64,000 nt of DNA from Eledone cirrhosa (Eukaryota). This document shows positions 1 to 16,537 of this stretch, piece by piece (within the stretch, counting starts at the first letter, position 1; every line of letters begins with the position of its first letter). Under the pieces are notes generated by a model. The model did not search any database, had not been told where the DNA came from, and was given only the letters and a program-made list of their open reading frames with translations. The stretch lies in contig OZ024747.1 in NCBI GenBank assembly GCA_964016885.1, forward strand, positions 91,574,001 to 91,638,000, read 5' to 3'. A program made the position numbers and the translations under genes.

Positions 1-983
1 TAGCGCCGATTCGACTTGCTAGATATAGCAACCAAGTCTCCACCCAATCTTATAATCCATGCAGTATTGGAAAAAAGACAGACATATGATAAACTGGTGC
101 TGGGGGGAAAGGATGGGATGTTTACACCTCGAATGCTTTTCACAACACCTCTCTTCGACAAGAATTGACGTTTGGCTAAATAATAACAACAAATAAAGAC
201 CAGAACTAAATTGATGTTGACTGTAGTGATTGTGTATTTAATGCATTCACAAATAATCATATCTCAAGCAGAAAATATATGCTTACTTATACACCAAAAG
301 CGATGATACTGGCGCAGGTCGGAGAGAGTAAGCTATAGACCATCAATATATTTAGATCTGTGCTAATATTCTTAAATTTCTACGAAATCCCATGTGATTA
401 TCGATAATGTATTCGAGAGGAAAGCTGCCTCCTTCAGTTAGTAACAATCTTCTTACAACATCATACTTCTGTATTTAATCCCTTGTGGAGTTGAATACAT
501 ATTTCATATATTTTTAATAATCAAAGTCAATAAATATAAATAAATTAGAAATCTTTTCTTTACGTGAGAAACTACAATAGATAACGTTTTAACGTTCATA
601 TTTTTCACAGACATTAATAGGAATATTGTAGTAAATTCGCGTCCACTGAAAGTAGAAAGCTTTTTTCTTCTTGCATCCATGATTCTACCACGGAAGGTCT
701 AGCAACATGGGGGAGAAAATATTTGCAGAATAGGCAAAGCGTTGACCCGTCTGCCTAGCTTCCACTATCACATTGCGCGGGACGATTTGACCAGGATGGT
801 GAGAAAAGTCGCTAATTTAGAGAGAGACCCCCACCGTTATCTTACCGAAAATAAACCAATGAGCAAATATGGCTGAATTTGTGCTAACTTATAAGACAGA
901 ATATATGACAGAATTTGTGCTAACTTATAAGAAGGATTTCGGAAATTATTCTTACTCTCTCAGACGCGAGCTTGCATATTAAA

Positions 984-1075
984 ACATATCTGAGGAGCTT
1001 CCGATTCCAGAGTCAGGTTCGATCATTAATAGATCGTTCCTCGAGCTGACCGACAGTGAAACATATGTAATATGT
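984..1075 (+). ncRNA. Type I hammerhead ribozyme, intact core, long stem II insert (family A)
   Basis: acatat-CTGAGGA-gct...agt-GAAAC-atat-GTA-atatgt: 6-bp stem I, palindromic stem III (acatatgt), GUA cleavage triplet. Confidence 0.85.
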
Positions 1076-1236
1076 AATACATGTGTATATGATGCAACAC
1101 TGATTCTTTGTTCCTTTATATATTAATACTATTGATACTCTGCTCCCCAAGAGCATCGAGTACTCACCCGGCATACCACCTACGGACGCAATTAACTTGC
1201 ACCGTAACACCTATATATATATATATATATATATAT

Positions 1237-1355
1237 AGGAAAATGTTCAAGACCCCTACGGCAGAGCTCTGCTGTCGGGATCTTGAACATTTTCCTGTTA
1301 CCCACTCTACTACCCAAAGTTATGGTCCACCCGGTTCCTTACCACACTTCCTTCG

Positions 1356-1358
<3 letters not shown>
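1237..1358 (+). mobile_element. TA-embedded fold-back PLE-type tail element (family X), inverted at HHR stem III
   Basis: Palindrome 1237-1296 centred on agct, followed by a unique tail shared with 23872-23950; flanked by (TA)n. Confidence 0.7.
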
Positions 1359-1401
<43 letters not shown>

Positions 1402-2900
1402 GTATGGAATATGGTGTACGTATTAGTATGTAAAACTCTCGGTAATTGGTCTGTTTGGATTTCCATGATGAGATCCAATCACAATCAGATAAGGATTAAT
1501 GAATTAATTGGTATTTGTATGTATCTACTAGGTATTTCTTTACTTTGGCATAGTTAGCTGTACACATCTGCCACAATGAAAACTAATAATCTGCAAATAA
1601 TAATGTTATTTTACGTCTATAACAGGTAAGACAGTGGTATGTGAAAATAAATAATTAATTCAATTATTCTATTCTGAATGAAAAGATATTGACTCAAGTT
1701 TTGAATATCTGAGCTTTTATTAGAAGTTTCGTTTTTTTTTTATTTTTGTTAATCTAAGGCAAATAGACTTATCATCTTCTAAATTACAACTCGGAATAAA
1801 ATTAGCGAGGAGAAATTCATCGAAAGATGTTTGTTCAGTATGTTTTATTCTCCAAAACTGAATCATGTAATGGTCATTTTAACTAGATAAAATTCTCCAA
1901 TTGTTATACAAACAACGGAAAAGAATCACTTTTAAATTTGCTTCCGGTATTTTCTAACTATAATGCTCTATTAAGTGGTTTACATATTGTTATCTATCTA
2001 ACTAAAATTCTTTCTATGACAATCACCTTTAAATCACATTTTAAACGGCATTCATCAACATTGTCTTTTTACATAATTTGAATTTGATCTAATTTCTATT
2101 GCATATTATGAAAATTGAGGCCAACCATTTGTTATGTATAACGGTCTGATATGCTAAAGGTATTCTCTTATCACTTCCCTCTCTAAAATAAAAATTTAAA
2201 ACACAAACGTATGTTCAATTCTCCTCAATGTATAAAATTACCGGAAAGGGTTTGTTAACACTATTATTTCTATAATTCTGAAACAGCAATACTGACATCA
2301 TTTAGTATATATTATTTGTTTTAAAGAGACAAACCTTTCCTTAATCGCATACCGTTGAATTAATCAGATATGAATCTCTTTCATAACAATCTAATGTCTT
2401 TTGTTACAAATTCACCCGGTTAGCACATGGATCGAGTTAGCAGACTGTATCTTTCCCAATAATTTGGGGCATTATTCCAATGTCAAAAAACACTTTTATA
2501 AAAGAATATGATAGAGTTAATCTTTTATTTTGACCACGAGCTTTCCAAATACTTGTATTCTTAAATAATTTCAATAAAAATAATTTCATCATGTTTATTA
2601 TGACGAAAATGAAATCACTTAAATATTGAAACAGTAACGGTTATTATGAAACAGTAATGGTTATTATTCGTATAATATTTTTCATAGTCTCATGTACTTA
2701 GTTTACGTGCTACGATATGTTAAAAATATTTCCAAAGCAATAACGTCAATCCTAAACAAACCCTTATTCTTGGTTTACTTTGATAGAAATTTATTACTGT
2801 AACATTGTTTTTTTCTAGGCAAAGACTCTCGGAACACAACTACCAAATATTACTGATTTTAGTTTTATAAGGAGATAATATAGCTGATATTGATGGTATG

Positions 2901-3129
2901 TTAATTCTTTAGCATTTACATTACCCTATATTTACTGTTATATTTTCATGGTAGCAGCTTTATCTCACATAATTGTCTCACATAATATCGAATCTATGAG
3001 ATTTTGATATTATTTAATTTGAGAACAATACCTTAACATAAATATTAGCAGCTGGTTATAGCCGGTTTAAACAGAAAGAGGTGAGAGAATTCTGACCAGA
3101 TACGGCCGGTTTAAATGCTAAAGAGTTAA
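2901..3129. mobile_element. TTAA-flanked MITE (piggyBac-like)
   Basis: ttaa|ttctttagcattta ... taaatgctaaagag|ttaa; opposite-orientation copy at 4989-5217. Confidence 0.75.
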
Positions 3130-3785
3130 TAAACCCGAAACCATCGCTATCGTCAGTCATTGCGGCTTTCAGTGAGACTCTGCATATATATTTTTATACA
3201 AAATTTATGAGGAAATATGTGAGACACCCTAGCTTGAAGACAACCAAATATACAAACATCAGGCACAGATGGCAATAGGATATTATCCATACAACAGATA
3301 TTCTGTATTTGGTTGGTCTTGTTAATCAGTTATAGTAACTTGCAAATGATGGCATCTATTTTTTCTTACCCCGTCTTCTTAAATTTATATATTTACATAA
3401 CGTATATGCTTATATTACAGACGTTCATGTAACTCGGAAGTAAAACTAATATAGCTTATAGATTACTCCTATATAATACTCAATGGATCAAAATAAAGGA
3501 TATAAGCATACTGTCAAGTATAGAATACCAAAAATCTAATGAAACTATAGTCTAAATACGTCCTCCTAAATATACCCCATATACCAAATGTTAATGAAGG
3601 AGATATACTGAGCCAGAAAAAAACCCTACTGAAGAATTCAGCTAAATACTTAATAACGAAATATATTTCTACAATGAGTTGATTGTGAAAGATGACTCGA
3701 CTTCTGTTCTATTGTAAAGTCTTTGATTGTTCATTATGATTCCCTCTCCCCTATTCATTTCTTTCTTACACGTCTATCTCTTTGA

Positions 3786-3850
<65 letters not shown>

Positions 3851-3939
3851 CATATATATATACACACACATATATATGCATATATATATATGTATGTATG
3901 TATATATGTATATGTGCGTATATATATAAATATATGTAT

Positions 3940-4171
<232 letters not shown>

Positions 4172-4988
4172 TTCTTTCTCTCTTTGACTTGTGAAGACTT
4201 TATTAATAAGAGCAGAAATCTTCTGTAAAAGTTTTTAAAAGGCGAGCAGCATTGAAGAATCTGAAGAAAGTCGGAACGACGACTGAGAAGCAAAAGGCGC
4301 AAACGATATTGGAGTGGTCTGTGTCCACATCATTAGCTTCTAGAAAGAAAATGATTAGAATCAATTCTGGAGGTGGTCCTAGCAGAAGTCTGAAATTGTA
4401 TGATTCTGCTTTGATCTAATAACCCTTCGTAATCAACCCCATCAATTATTTTGTCAGTTTCATTGTTGATTTTCTTCTTTCTCTAACATACTTCAAACTA
4501 AGCTATTACGCCAACATCTTCTTCCAACAATATTCTATTTATCTATCTGTCCATCTGTATGTATACACACATACACTCGTCTATAAACAGCCATATATAT
4601 ATATATATATACACATACATTTCTACATTCACTCATACATATATATGTGTGTGTTTGTGTTTGTATGCTGGTATGTTTATGTATATGCTTGAATTAATCT
4701 CCAATACTGTCTCAGCTTGTTCAGCCAAACTGCTTCTATATTTATTTGTCTGAATATCTCTCCCTCCTCACACCCCAACGTTCAGCCTAACTGTTTCTCA
4801 GATTATCTGCTTATTTGTCTGGGTCTTTTTCTTAATATTTCTGTCTCAGTAAAGTCTCTACCTTATTCTCTATGCATCTATCCATCTATCCACATATCCA
4901 TCTATTTATCTATACGCCTATCTGCTTGTATGTTTGTATATAAAATAAATTCGCTTTTCCCCATTGCATGATTATTTTCAACTAGTAT

Positions 4989-5217
4989 TTAACTCTTTAG
5001 CATTTAAACCGGCCATATCCGGCCAGAATCCTCTCACCTCTTGCTGTTCAAACTGGTTGTAATCAGCTTCTCATATTTATGTTAAGGTATTGTTCTCAAA
5101 ATAACTAATATCAAGATCTCATAGATTTTATATTATGTGAGATAATTATGTGAAATAAAGCGTTTATGGTGAAAATACAATAGTAAATATAGAATAATGT
5201 AAATGCTAAAAGGTTAA
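4989..5217. mobile_element. TTAA-flanked MITE (piggyBac-like), second copy
   Basis: ttaa|ctctttagcattta ... taaatgctaaaagg|ttaa; reverse-complement homologue of 2901-3129. Confidence 0.75.
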
Positions 5218-5548
5218 ATTCATTTGTCTTAAATATGTTTAATAAACCTACAGTTTTTGTTAACGCGGTGGCATCTGTGGCTATGGTTTTTGTGTAATTT
5301 ATCCTCTATATCTATCATGCCCCAATAACGTACAATATAAGGTGGTGAATTAGCAGAGTTCATTGGATAGATTGGATAGTTCATTGGATAGATTGATGTG
5401 TGGTATTCATTCGTTCAGATTCTTTGTGCTCTGAGTTCAAATACCTTCTGAGTTCAAAATTGCTTTACAGATGGTTTCACACGTTGTGTTCTTGTGCAGG
5501 ACATTTTAATTTCTGGTGTGTTGTGTTGTTAATATTTGAGGTCAGTAG

Positions 5549-5740
5549 ATTGGCAGTAATGGTGGAACGCCAGACAACATATCTTTTGCGTTCTGAGTTC
5601 AAATCCCACTGAGGTTAGCTTTGCCTTTCATCCTTACTGAGTCGATAACATGAAGTACCAGTAACATAGTAGTATCGATTTAAGCGACTTTCCCCTCATG
5701 CTAAAATTGCTGGCCTTGTTCCTAAATCGGAAACCATTAT
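5549..5740 (+). mobile_element. tRNA-derived SINE (Meta-domain-like core)
   Basis: B-box gagttcaaatccc, core gcctttcatcctt..gtcgataa..gtaccag, 3' aattgctggccttgt. Confidence 0.75.
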
Positions 5741-5782
5741 TTGTTAATGTTTCTTTTTCATATAACTTTTGCATGTTTGTAT

Positions 5783-6020
5783 CCATGTGGTTAGAATGTT
5801 CGGATTCCCGACCGTAATGTAGTGAGTTCGATTTCTCGACCAAGTCAGGCATTGTGTCCTTGAGCAAGTCACGTTACTCCTGTCCACTCATCTGGAAAAA
5901 AATAAACTCTACTTGTAATTAAAAAGTACCAGCCTCGCCATACACAACCACATTGAATCTCCCTGAGAATTACATAAACTGTCCACTTTTCTATGGAATA
6001 TTCAGATTGTCACTATGATC
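5783..6020 (+). mobile_element. Second tRNA-derived SINE family
   Basis: tggttaga..gagttcgatt head, gtgtccttgagcaag, gaatctccctgagaa; homologue at 18365-18625. Confidence 0.6.
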
Positions 6021-6158
6021 AAACAAGTTTAGCCACACTGGCTCTCCCTGAGAATTTGAGAATTACATTACGTGTCCACTTTTCTGTGGAATACTGACAT
6101 TGTCACTTTGATCAAACAACTTTAACAATTGTCGTCGGAGACGTCAGAGGTTCAAAAG

Positions 6159-6344
6159 TAATTGTTTCTACTTTTGGCACAAGGGCAGCAATTACCCTAG
6201 TGTATTTGTGGTGCTTTATTTTATCGACCCCGTAAGGATGAAAGGCAAAGTTAACCTCGGCGGGATTTGAACTCAGAACGTAAAGGGCCACAACTCTATG
6301 CTGCAAAGCATGGCGTTCGACCTTCTACCGATACTGCCAATCCA
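6159..6344 (-). mobile_element. tRNA-derived SINE, full length
   Basis: Reverse complement of the 14732-14922 family. Confidence 0.85.
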
Positions 6345-6672
6345 GTCTTATTCCATGCCCATATCTTATTTGATACTTGTCAACATATTTTTCTATCCAA
6401 ATTATCTATTGCTTCTCTAGGTCTTTTACTATCCATATTTCATTATATCTCATCATTTTCATACTTAACTATTTTTCTACTTTCTTTCCTACTCATATTT
6501 GTAAACCATACATTTTTTCTGGAGTCTCTTATCTTCCTTATATATATATATATGTATATATGTGTGTGTGTGTGTGCATGCGTGCATGTATATAGATATA
6601 TTTATGTGTGTGTGTTCATGTATATAGATATATTTGTGTGTGTATACATGTATATAGATATAGATATATATG

Positions 6673-6751
<79 letters not shown>

Positions 6752-6786
6752 ATGTATATATATATGCGCGCGTGTGTGTGTGCATG

Positions 6787-6834
<48 letters not shown>

Positions 6835-7059
6835 GTGTGTGTGAGAGATAGAGTAAAATAGTTATATTTTATTTTGATATTTTGTTCATGTTACTATATT
6901 TTGATGTTGTTTCCTTAATCTTTCGTTTTCTTTTTTGTGTAAAGAAGAGTTGTATCATTATGAATTCTTTTTTAAGTGATCAATTAGTGATGACTGGACA
7001 GAACTAATGCTGGTAATGTTTATCTTAATATCTACTTGGTTTGTGTTTGAGTTGAAACG

Positions 7060-8240
7060 CAGGTATAGAAAGTTTGGGCAAAATCAATGTTCTTACTCTT
7101 ATCACCAGCAAATCCTTCTTGTGTCTGGTAATGTCCATCCCCGGTCAAAACTACCCGCTTATGGGCTTCGCTCACCTCTTGTATCGGCAGATCCCTATCT
7201 GATCGCACAAATGAGACCCGTGCTAGCTGATCCCTAACTATCCCTCACTGCCCCCCATTTTATCAACTCTGGGATGTCTCATGATTCGCGTTTTTCCTCT
7301 ACATTCTTTCTTCTAGACATAAACGACCGACTATCCGTCGAATCCAACCAGACTTATTCTAACACAGATGATTTGATCTTTCATTTTTCTAAAGCCTTCT
7401 CCAACCAAGCACTTTCTACATGCAATTCAGAAACCTCACACAAAGCCTGAACCGACTCAAAGTAATCCCTCAATGAAGTCATGCCAATCATGTCTGTTTC
7501 ACAGACAAACAACGAAGAGAAAAAAACAACCCCTGCTCATACTAAAATAAACGTAATAAACCTGTGTATCCCACAACTAGAATCATCTTGATCGCTCCAA
7601 ATGTTAAATCTTACTAGTTCTCAATACTTCTCATGGCGATCATACATCTTTAACATACATAGCTCAAACTATATCTTAAAGACTGGCTCTTCTCTTTATG
7701 GCTCAAAATTACTGAAATCGCCAACAAATACTGATCCACTACAAAACTCAGGTGGGAGCTACAGTGAGATCCATAATGGAGTTTTGCTCACACAGAGGGT
7801 GTTACTGCTAGTCTACATACATGCTATCTCTTACCACATTTCGATATTAATATCTCTCCCTCTTTCTATTTCTCTCCTTTTCTCTCTCCCTTTCTCTTTC
7901 CCTTTCTCTCTCCCTTTCTCTCACCCTTTCTCTCTCTCCCTTTCTCTCTCTCTCTCCCTTTCTCTCTCTCCCTTTCTCTCTCTCTCCCTTTCTCTCTCTC
8001 TTTCTCTCTCTACCGATGGAACTAACTGGTTTCATGTCATTTCCATTTAACCACTCCAGACTCATTTATCTCTCCTCCCCATCATTACCCATGATATATC
8101 CAACCATCAGGATACACACTAATCACTATAACAAATCCTTTCTCCTGAGAACGTCATCCCACTGGAATACTCTGTGTGTTTGTCCTCCTGGTGTCGAGGT
8201 GCAACTCTTTAAACGGAATGTTAACGTCATCAACGCTACC
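7060..8240 (+). mobile_element. Decayed CR1/Jockey-group LINE RT 3' fragment
   Basis: INSGMSHDSRFSSTFFLLDIND...YSNTDD resembles SGVPQGSVLSPTLFLLYIND...YADD; C-terminal SFLLRTSSHWNTL..QLFKRNVN. Confidence 0.75.
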
Positions 8241-8379
8241 AGTCACACACTGGAGCACTAACCTCTCTTCAGATCATGCAACTAACAAAATCAAATCGTG
8301 TATTTCTGGATAATGAGAGTGAGAGTGTGTGTGTGAGAGAGAGAGAGAGGGATGGAGAGAAAAAAAGAGAGAGAGAGAG

Positions 8380-8428
<49 letters not shown>

Positions 8429-9179
8429 AAGAATGAGAGAGATGGCGAGAGCGAGAGAGAGATGGCGAGAGCGAGAGAGAGATGGCGAGACCGAGTGAGA
8501 GAGCGAGAGAGAGACACACAGAGATTAATAGTGACAAATAATTTCTCTTCGATTTCGTTGGCGAATCCAGTTCCAAATATCTAATATCAAAGTCCATATT
8601 ATATTTCTTTAACTGACTTCAATAATTATGATTTGGCCATGCTAATATGATTTGGCCATGCTAATATGTCATCAATTAAGATATTTCTCTCCTGGCCGTG
8701 GCACTAAATCTCTCAGTATGAAAGAATACAAAAATGTCTTTTCGCCAATACCACATTCAAAAGAATGACATGAAATTCACAAATTCCTATTTCTCTCTAA
8801 ATACCTAAGGATTAATACCTACATAAGAAAAGATTATTATGTTATTATCACTTGTTCCAGTTGTTTCCATTATTTTCCACTGATTATATAGAGGTTTATT
8901 TGCCAGTCATATTTCTAAACAAGCTCATCTATATATCCTCTATGTTATTACATCAATTCAGTTATCAACATCACCATTTTCTTTTGTATTTCTCCTGACG
9001 ACTATTAACTAACACTGCCGCGTTCTCCATACACACAGCTTTCTATTTTCTCAGCATAACCATATTCCACGTCAGTTCTGATGCACTCAGACAGTTTTCA
9101 CTGACCTTCCTTTTTAATAAGCTCCAACCCTTTCGACTCCCTACACCGCACCATTTCCAACAATTCGTCTGCCACAATC

Positions 9180-10790
<1,611 letters not shown>

Positions 10791-11230
10791 AACTGATTCT
10801 TTTTTTCAAATACCACTTTAGAAGAAGAATCAGGATGGAGAGAGAGGTGCTGTACCCCAGCAAGTTTTATGAAAGGTGGGTGAAAGTGGCGAGAATGGCC
10901 CCAGTGAATGGGCCTTCTCTCTATATCAGCCTGTAGGTTGAAGAAAAGGAGGAGGAGAGGAAAGGAGTACAAACTCTTCGTACTCCTGGAGATGAGGGTT
11001 TCACATTTTTTCGGGGGTATGTGTTACCCATATGAACTGTCTCCCTCTATTGGGAAAAATCGACTCATTTTTTAAATTGCATTTGTGATAATATTTTACA
11101 CGTTTTTATTGAATGTAAACTTCCCCCTTTGTATTTGTCCCCTTCTTTTGTGCCCCTGTGGCTAATAAAGAAATATATCTATATATCTATCTATCTAACT
11201 GCCTGTATATCCTACTTCTCTCTCTCTCTC

Positions 11231-11368
<138 letters not shown>

Positions 11369-11718
11369 CGTCTGTCTTTCTGCCGTTCTATCACTGTTAC
11401 TCCCTACACCCCCCTCTCCCTCTCCGTCTCCGTCTCCCTCGATATATGCCGAGCTGTCTGTCGCCCTGACAGCGCTTAACGTACTGTCTCACTAACTGCG
11501 CCTTTCTAAATGTGTGTGCCTGCACATGTGTCTGCATATGTATGCATTTGTCTGCATATGTGTGCATTTGTGTCCATCGGTGTATATATACACACGCACA
11601 CACACGCACGTATGTATATACATATTTGTGTGTGCGTATGTGTACATTTGTGTGTCCATGTGTACACACATACACACACGTATTATATATATATTTATAA
11701 ATATATATATATATATAC

Positions 11719-11775
<57 letters not shown>

Positions 11776-11780
11776 CACAC

Positions 11781-11862
<82 letters not shown>

Positions 11863-11867
11863 ATATA

Positions 11868-11918
<51 letters not shown>

Positions 11919-12310
11919 GTGTGTGTACGATTATATGTACAAATGAAAGAAAACATTATGTGTGTGTGTTTGTGTGTCTAACCCTTGCATATATAATTTT
12001 TTTCCATGCTTTTTCTCTTTCTCTTTTACACTCACATTCACTCCCTTTCTCTCTATCTGCTCCTATAGCTTTAGCTGTCAGTAGCTAGTGTCTGATGTGT
12101 GTATGTGTGTGTGTCTGGTGTATGAGTGTGTGTATGTGTCTGGTGTGTCTGTGTGTCTGGTGTGTGTGTGTGTGTCTGGTGTGTGTGTGTAAATTTCTAT
12201 TCAAAGTATTCCTTTCAACTAGCCTTTCAATCAGCGAATGTCGTCAACGCACACGCACACACACACACACACACCTCCACACTATCACATACACGTACAC
12301 AATGGCACGT

Positions 12311-12432
<122 letters not shown>

Positions 12433-13475
12433 CACACATGCATATATACACATTCGCAGACACAGTCGGAGACGCAGACACACACACACATTATCAAACA
12501 CAGGCATATATACACATTTGCAGCGACGGATAGCTCCATCCCACTTCTAGCCTCCCTCCATTACGTTTGGGCAACACTCACAGCCTAGTTATTGTAGTCT
12601 CGTCTGTATTTGCAAGGCAAGTTTACGCTGCTGTGGTTGATGTCGTCTGCTGGCGATGATCACATCATGTCTGCCGGAGCTATCGATCATATCATGTCTT
12701 CCTTCCTTCTTTTATACGTCCATAGTTTCTTCTTTTATACGTCCATAGTTTCTTCTTATCCTTCTCTATATTCTTCCCTTTATTTCCCTACCCCTCTATC
12801 TTTGTCTCAACTAATAGCTTACCTTAACCTTTTCGTTTTGATATTTCTAATGAAATACTCTGCCTATGATTTTGAAATAATGCTGAAAATTATCAGGAAT
12901 TGGAGGGGGTTTAGTCATATAACTAAATTTCTCATTAAACTGTTATTTGGAGCATAACTTAACAACCGGTTTTATATAGAACAATGAGGGAATGTTTTTT
13001 TTAGATAAACAAACATTTTAAAGCAAAGATTTTTTTAATCGTAAAAAGTGGGTTATTTCAGATGATTTGGTATTAGTGTGCCCTTAAATGTTCTAAGTAA
13101 AATCTGCATATTTTTATCATTCTTTTACTCCTTTGTTGGTTTCACTCATTAGGTTACGACCATGCTGTGGTACCATCCCCATTGGGTTTAGTTGATCATA
13201 CTGACACCAGTACTCTTATTTTTTGGGGGTACGTACTTACTATTTTATCTCGAATTGTCAAACCACTAGGTTACGAAACATAAAAAAAATGGTGAACGTA
13301 AACACACATACATACACACACACATACACATACATACACACACACACACACATGTATAAATACATACACATACATACATTGTTATATTTAGGGTGGGCCA
13401 TATTGTTATAATATTGCCAGATACATACATCTACATCTATATATACATATGTATGTTTGTATATATCTATGTATG

Positions 13476-13508
<33 letters not shown>

Positions 13509-13519
13509 GTGTATATGAG

Positions 13520-14139
<620 letters not shown>

Positions 14140-14731
14140 ACGGGCTTCTTCATAGCTTCCGTCTTCCAAAGTGCATGGAAATGTGCTCACCGTTAACAGA
14201 ACACAATGTTCCTGAATACGGAGTAGACTAGCTAAGAATAGTAAGCGTCTCTAATTTAGGCACAGGGACAGCAATTTTTGTGGAGGTGAAAGACTATTAA
14301 GACGACCCCAGTAAATTACTGGTATTTCATTTTATCGACCTGGTAAGGATGAATGACAAAGCTAACTCCGGCAGGAGACGAACATACTGTAAATGGTCAT
14401 ACTATAAGCCACAAGGCGTGTTAGCTTCGTTACTTTGTGTTTTGTGTGTGTAACTCTTGTCCGGGCAAATTTATCATTCCCCAAATTGATGACGTAAGTA
14501 TCAGCTAAGTACTGGAATCAGTTTAATCGATTAATCTTGCCCCACTCCACCACACTAATGCCAGAAGCCCTAAATTAGTGTTTAGTGTATTTCTTTTGTG
14601 TTATCAATTCAATTTTGGATTAGCATTTTACCACTCAAGTACTGGTGTAGATAAATCGCCTACACTTCCCTCACCCGCACTTTATTATTGTAGCCTGATT
14701 AATTAGTTAAGCTATTAATTGATTAATCAAA

Positions 14732-14922
14732 GGCGGTGGATTGGCAGTATCGGTAGAGCGTCTAACACCATACTTTGCAGCATAGTTATATCCCTTTATG
14801 TTCTGAGTTCAAATCCCGCTGAGGTTAACTTTTACCTTTCATCCTTACGGGGTCTATAAAATAAAGCACCAGTAATGCACTGGGGTAATTGCTGGCCTTG
14901 TGCCAAAAGTAGAAACAATTAT
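14732..14922 (+). mobile_element. tRNA-derived SINE, full length
   Basis: ggcggtggattggcagtatcggtagagc A-box region, gagttcaaatccc B-box, Meta-like core, tail gtagaaacaattatt. Confidence 0.85.
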
Positions 14923-15304
14923 TTAATCAGTCTATTAATTTTTCATTTATATTTCAATTGGTGAACAATATCGTCGTTTCCAACGAGCCAAATACCTGGT
15001 TTAATGTAATTTTGAATCTCTTGAGTGTCTAGAATGTGTCTGTAACTCTTAAACGAACAAATATATCAAAGGACATCTTTAGTAACGCATATTGGATGCC
15101 TGTAGTAGTGTTCATATTGTTAAAGGTATCCAGCCCTGGTTTGAGGCTGAAAAATAGCTTTCTTCATATCAATGCCTCCGGATGCGCTAAAAGAGATCAG
15201 GGTTTCTGCCTTTTCTTCTAGTTATTCAACAACATCATCACAATATACATCTATATATATATACATATATATACACATATATACATATATATACACATAT
15301 ATAT

Positions 15305-15401
<97 letters not shown>

Positions 15402-15404
15402 TCT

Positions 15405-15693
15405 CCATTGAATTGAAGTGCCATGTGTGTGGAAAGATTTTCTTGAGCAAATCCGATCTCAGGAGCCACAGTCGCAGCCATGTTGAAAGAGAACCAGTGA
15501 ACTATGATCTCCGCGGTGTTGTGAGGGTTCACGGACAACCTGATGCAGGACCTCAAGCCAGGGAAATCCATAGTTGTCGTCAGTGTGTGAAGGAGTGCAA
15601 GTCTCTAGCAGGCTTGAAAAGCCATAACCGAGTGTCACACGTCTGGATCTGACAAGCGATTGCAATACTCTTGGCAGAGTTTGCAGCCATCAT
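15405..15693 (+). mobile_element. LINE 3' end encoding two C2H2-like zinc fingers
   Basis: CHVCGKIFLSKSDLRSHSRSH and CRQCVKECKSLAGLKSHNRVSH, then a stop and a repeated 3' terminus. Confidence 0.6.
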
Positions 15694-15715
15694 ATATATA
15701 TAAATACCACTTCTA

Positions 15716-15748
<33 letters not shown>

Positions 15749-15751
<3 letters not shown>

Positions 15752-15831
15752 AACGATCAGGACCACGACGGCTGGGCTCAAGCCGTTTCGACGGCTAATT
15801 CTGGACATTCTGCCTCCAGAATTAGCCGTCT
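15749..15831 (-). ncRNA. 5'-truncated HHR of family X (stem II-GAAAC-stem III-GUC)
   Basis: Minus: a-gacggctaattctgga-loop-tccagaattagccgtc-GAAAC-ggct..agcc-GTC; CUGANG part missing. Confidence 0.7.
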
Positions 15832-15942
15832 AGGATGGCTCTGAACATTAATCAGTATACACTGAGGATGAAAAACTCAGAACTGTATGGGACCATCCCA
15901 AAAGTCAGTTCAAAAGTGACACAGAGGAGACTGAGGCTAGCT

Positions 15943-15948
<6 letters not shown>
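15832..15948 (+). mobile_element. RTE-group LINE ORF2 C-terminal fragment
   Basis: RMALN...NSELYGTIPKVSSKVTQRRLRLAGH. Confidence 0.7.
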
Positions 15949-16013
<65 letters not shown>

Positions 16014-16174
16014 GTGTGTGTGTGTATGTATGTATATATATATGTGTGTATATATATATATATATGTGTGTGAATGAAGTAATTCCATCGGAAAAGTCCA
16101 GGAAAAAAGAGTGCTCTATGTAGGCAACAGAGCTTAATTATTATTATTATGTAATAAACAACATAAGGCAATTA

Positions 16175-16234
16175 TTCCATTTACCAGTGGTTTCTTAAAA
16201 GCAAAAGGTTTTGCTTTCAATCCTCAGAACGGAA
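16175..16234 (-). ncRNA. Type I hammerhead ribozyme, intact core (family B)
   Basis: Minus: ttccgtt-CTGAGGA-ttgaaagcaaaa cc ttttgcttttaa-GAAAC-cactg-GTA-aatggaa; lies in repeat 16072-16330. Confidence 0.9.
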
Positions 16235-16443
16235 AAATCCTGGTTTGTTTATTGAATTTGGATTACAAAAGCAAAAATGCAATCTATATGAAAGTGAGGC
16301 TGGAGAAGGGAGAAGGAAAGGAAAAATAAAATAAAATAAAACTACGCATGCAAACACACACACAAAAAAACCCCAAAGCATACTTACACACACATACATA
16401 TATACATATATATATGTGTACGCATACATATATACATATACAC

Positions 16444-16504
<61 letters not shown>

Positions 16505-16537
16505 GAGGTGTAACATATATATATATATATAAAATAC

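Larger units (their letters stand above)
200..2880 (+). pseudogene. Probable decayed LRR-domain (TLR-like) gene, interrupted by insertions
   Basis: Scattered in-frame pieces with many stops/frameshifts: IDVDCS (LRRNT-like, ~210), YLDL / LLYLIPCGVEYI (~350-500), FVNLRQIDLSSSKL (~1745-1785), MNLFHNNL and RLYLS (~2370-2455), MKSLKY (~2610), LPNITDF (~2840). Confidence 0.35.

Noticed and set aside
14732-14830. tRNA gene
   Set aside because: A/B-box-like motifs belong to a multi-copy SINE head; no cloverleaf.
15311-15652. C2H2 zinc-finger host gene
   Set aside because: Only two fingers without TGEKP linkers, 5' end in (GT)n, and followed by a repeated retroelement terminus.
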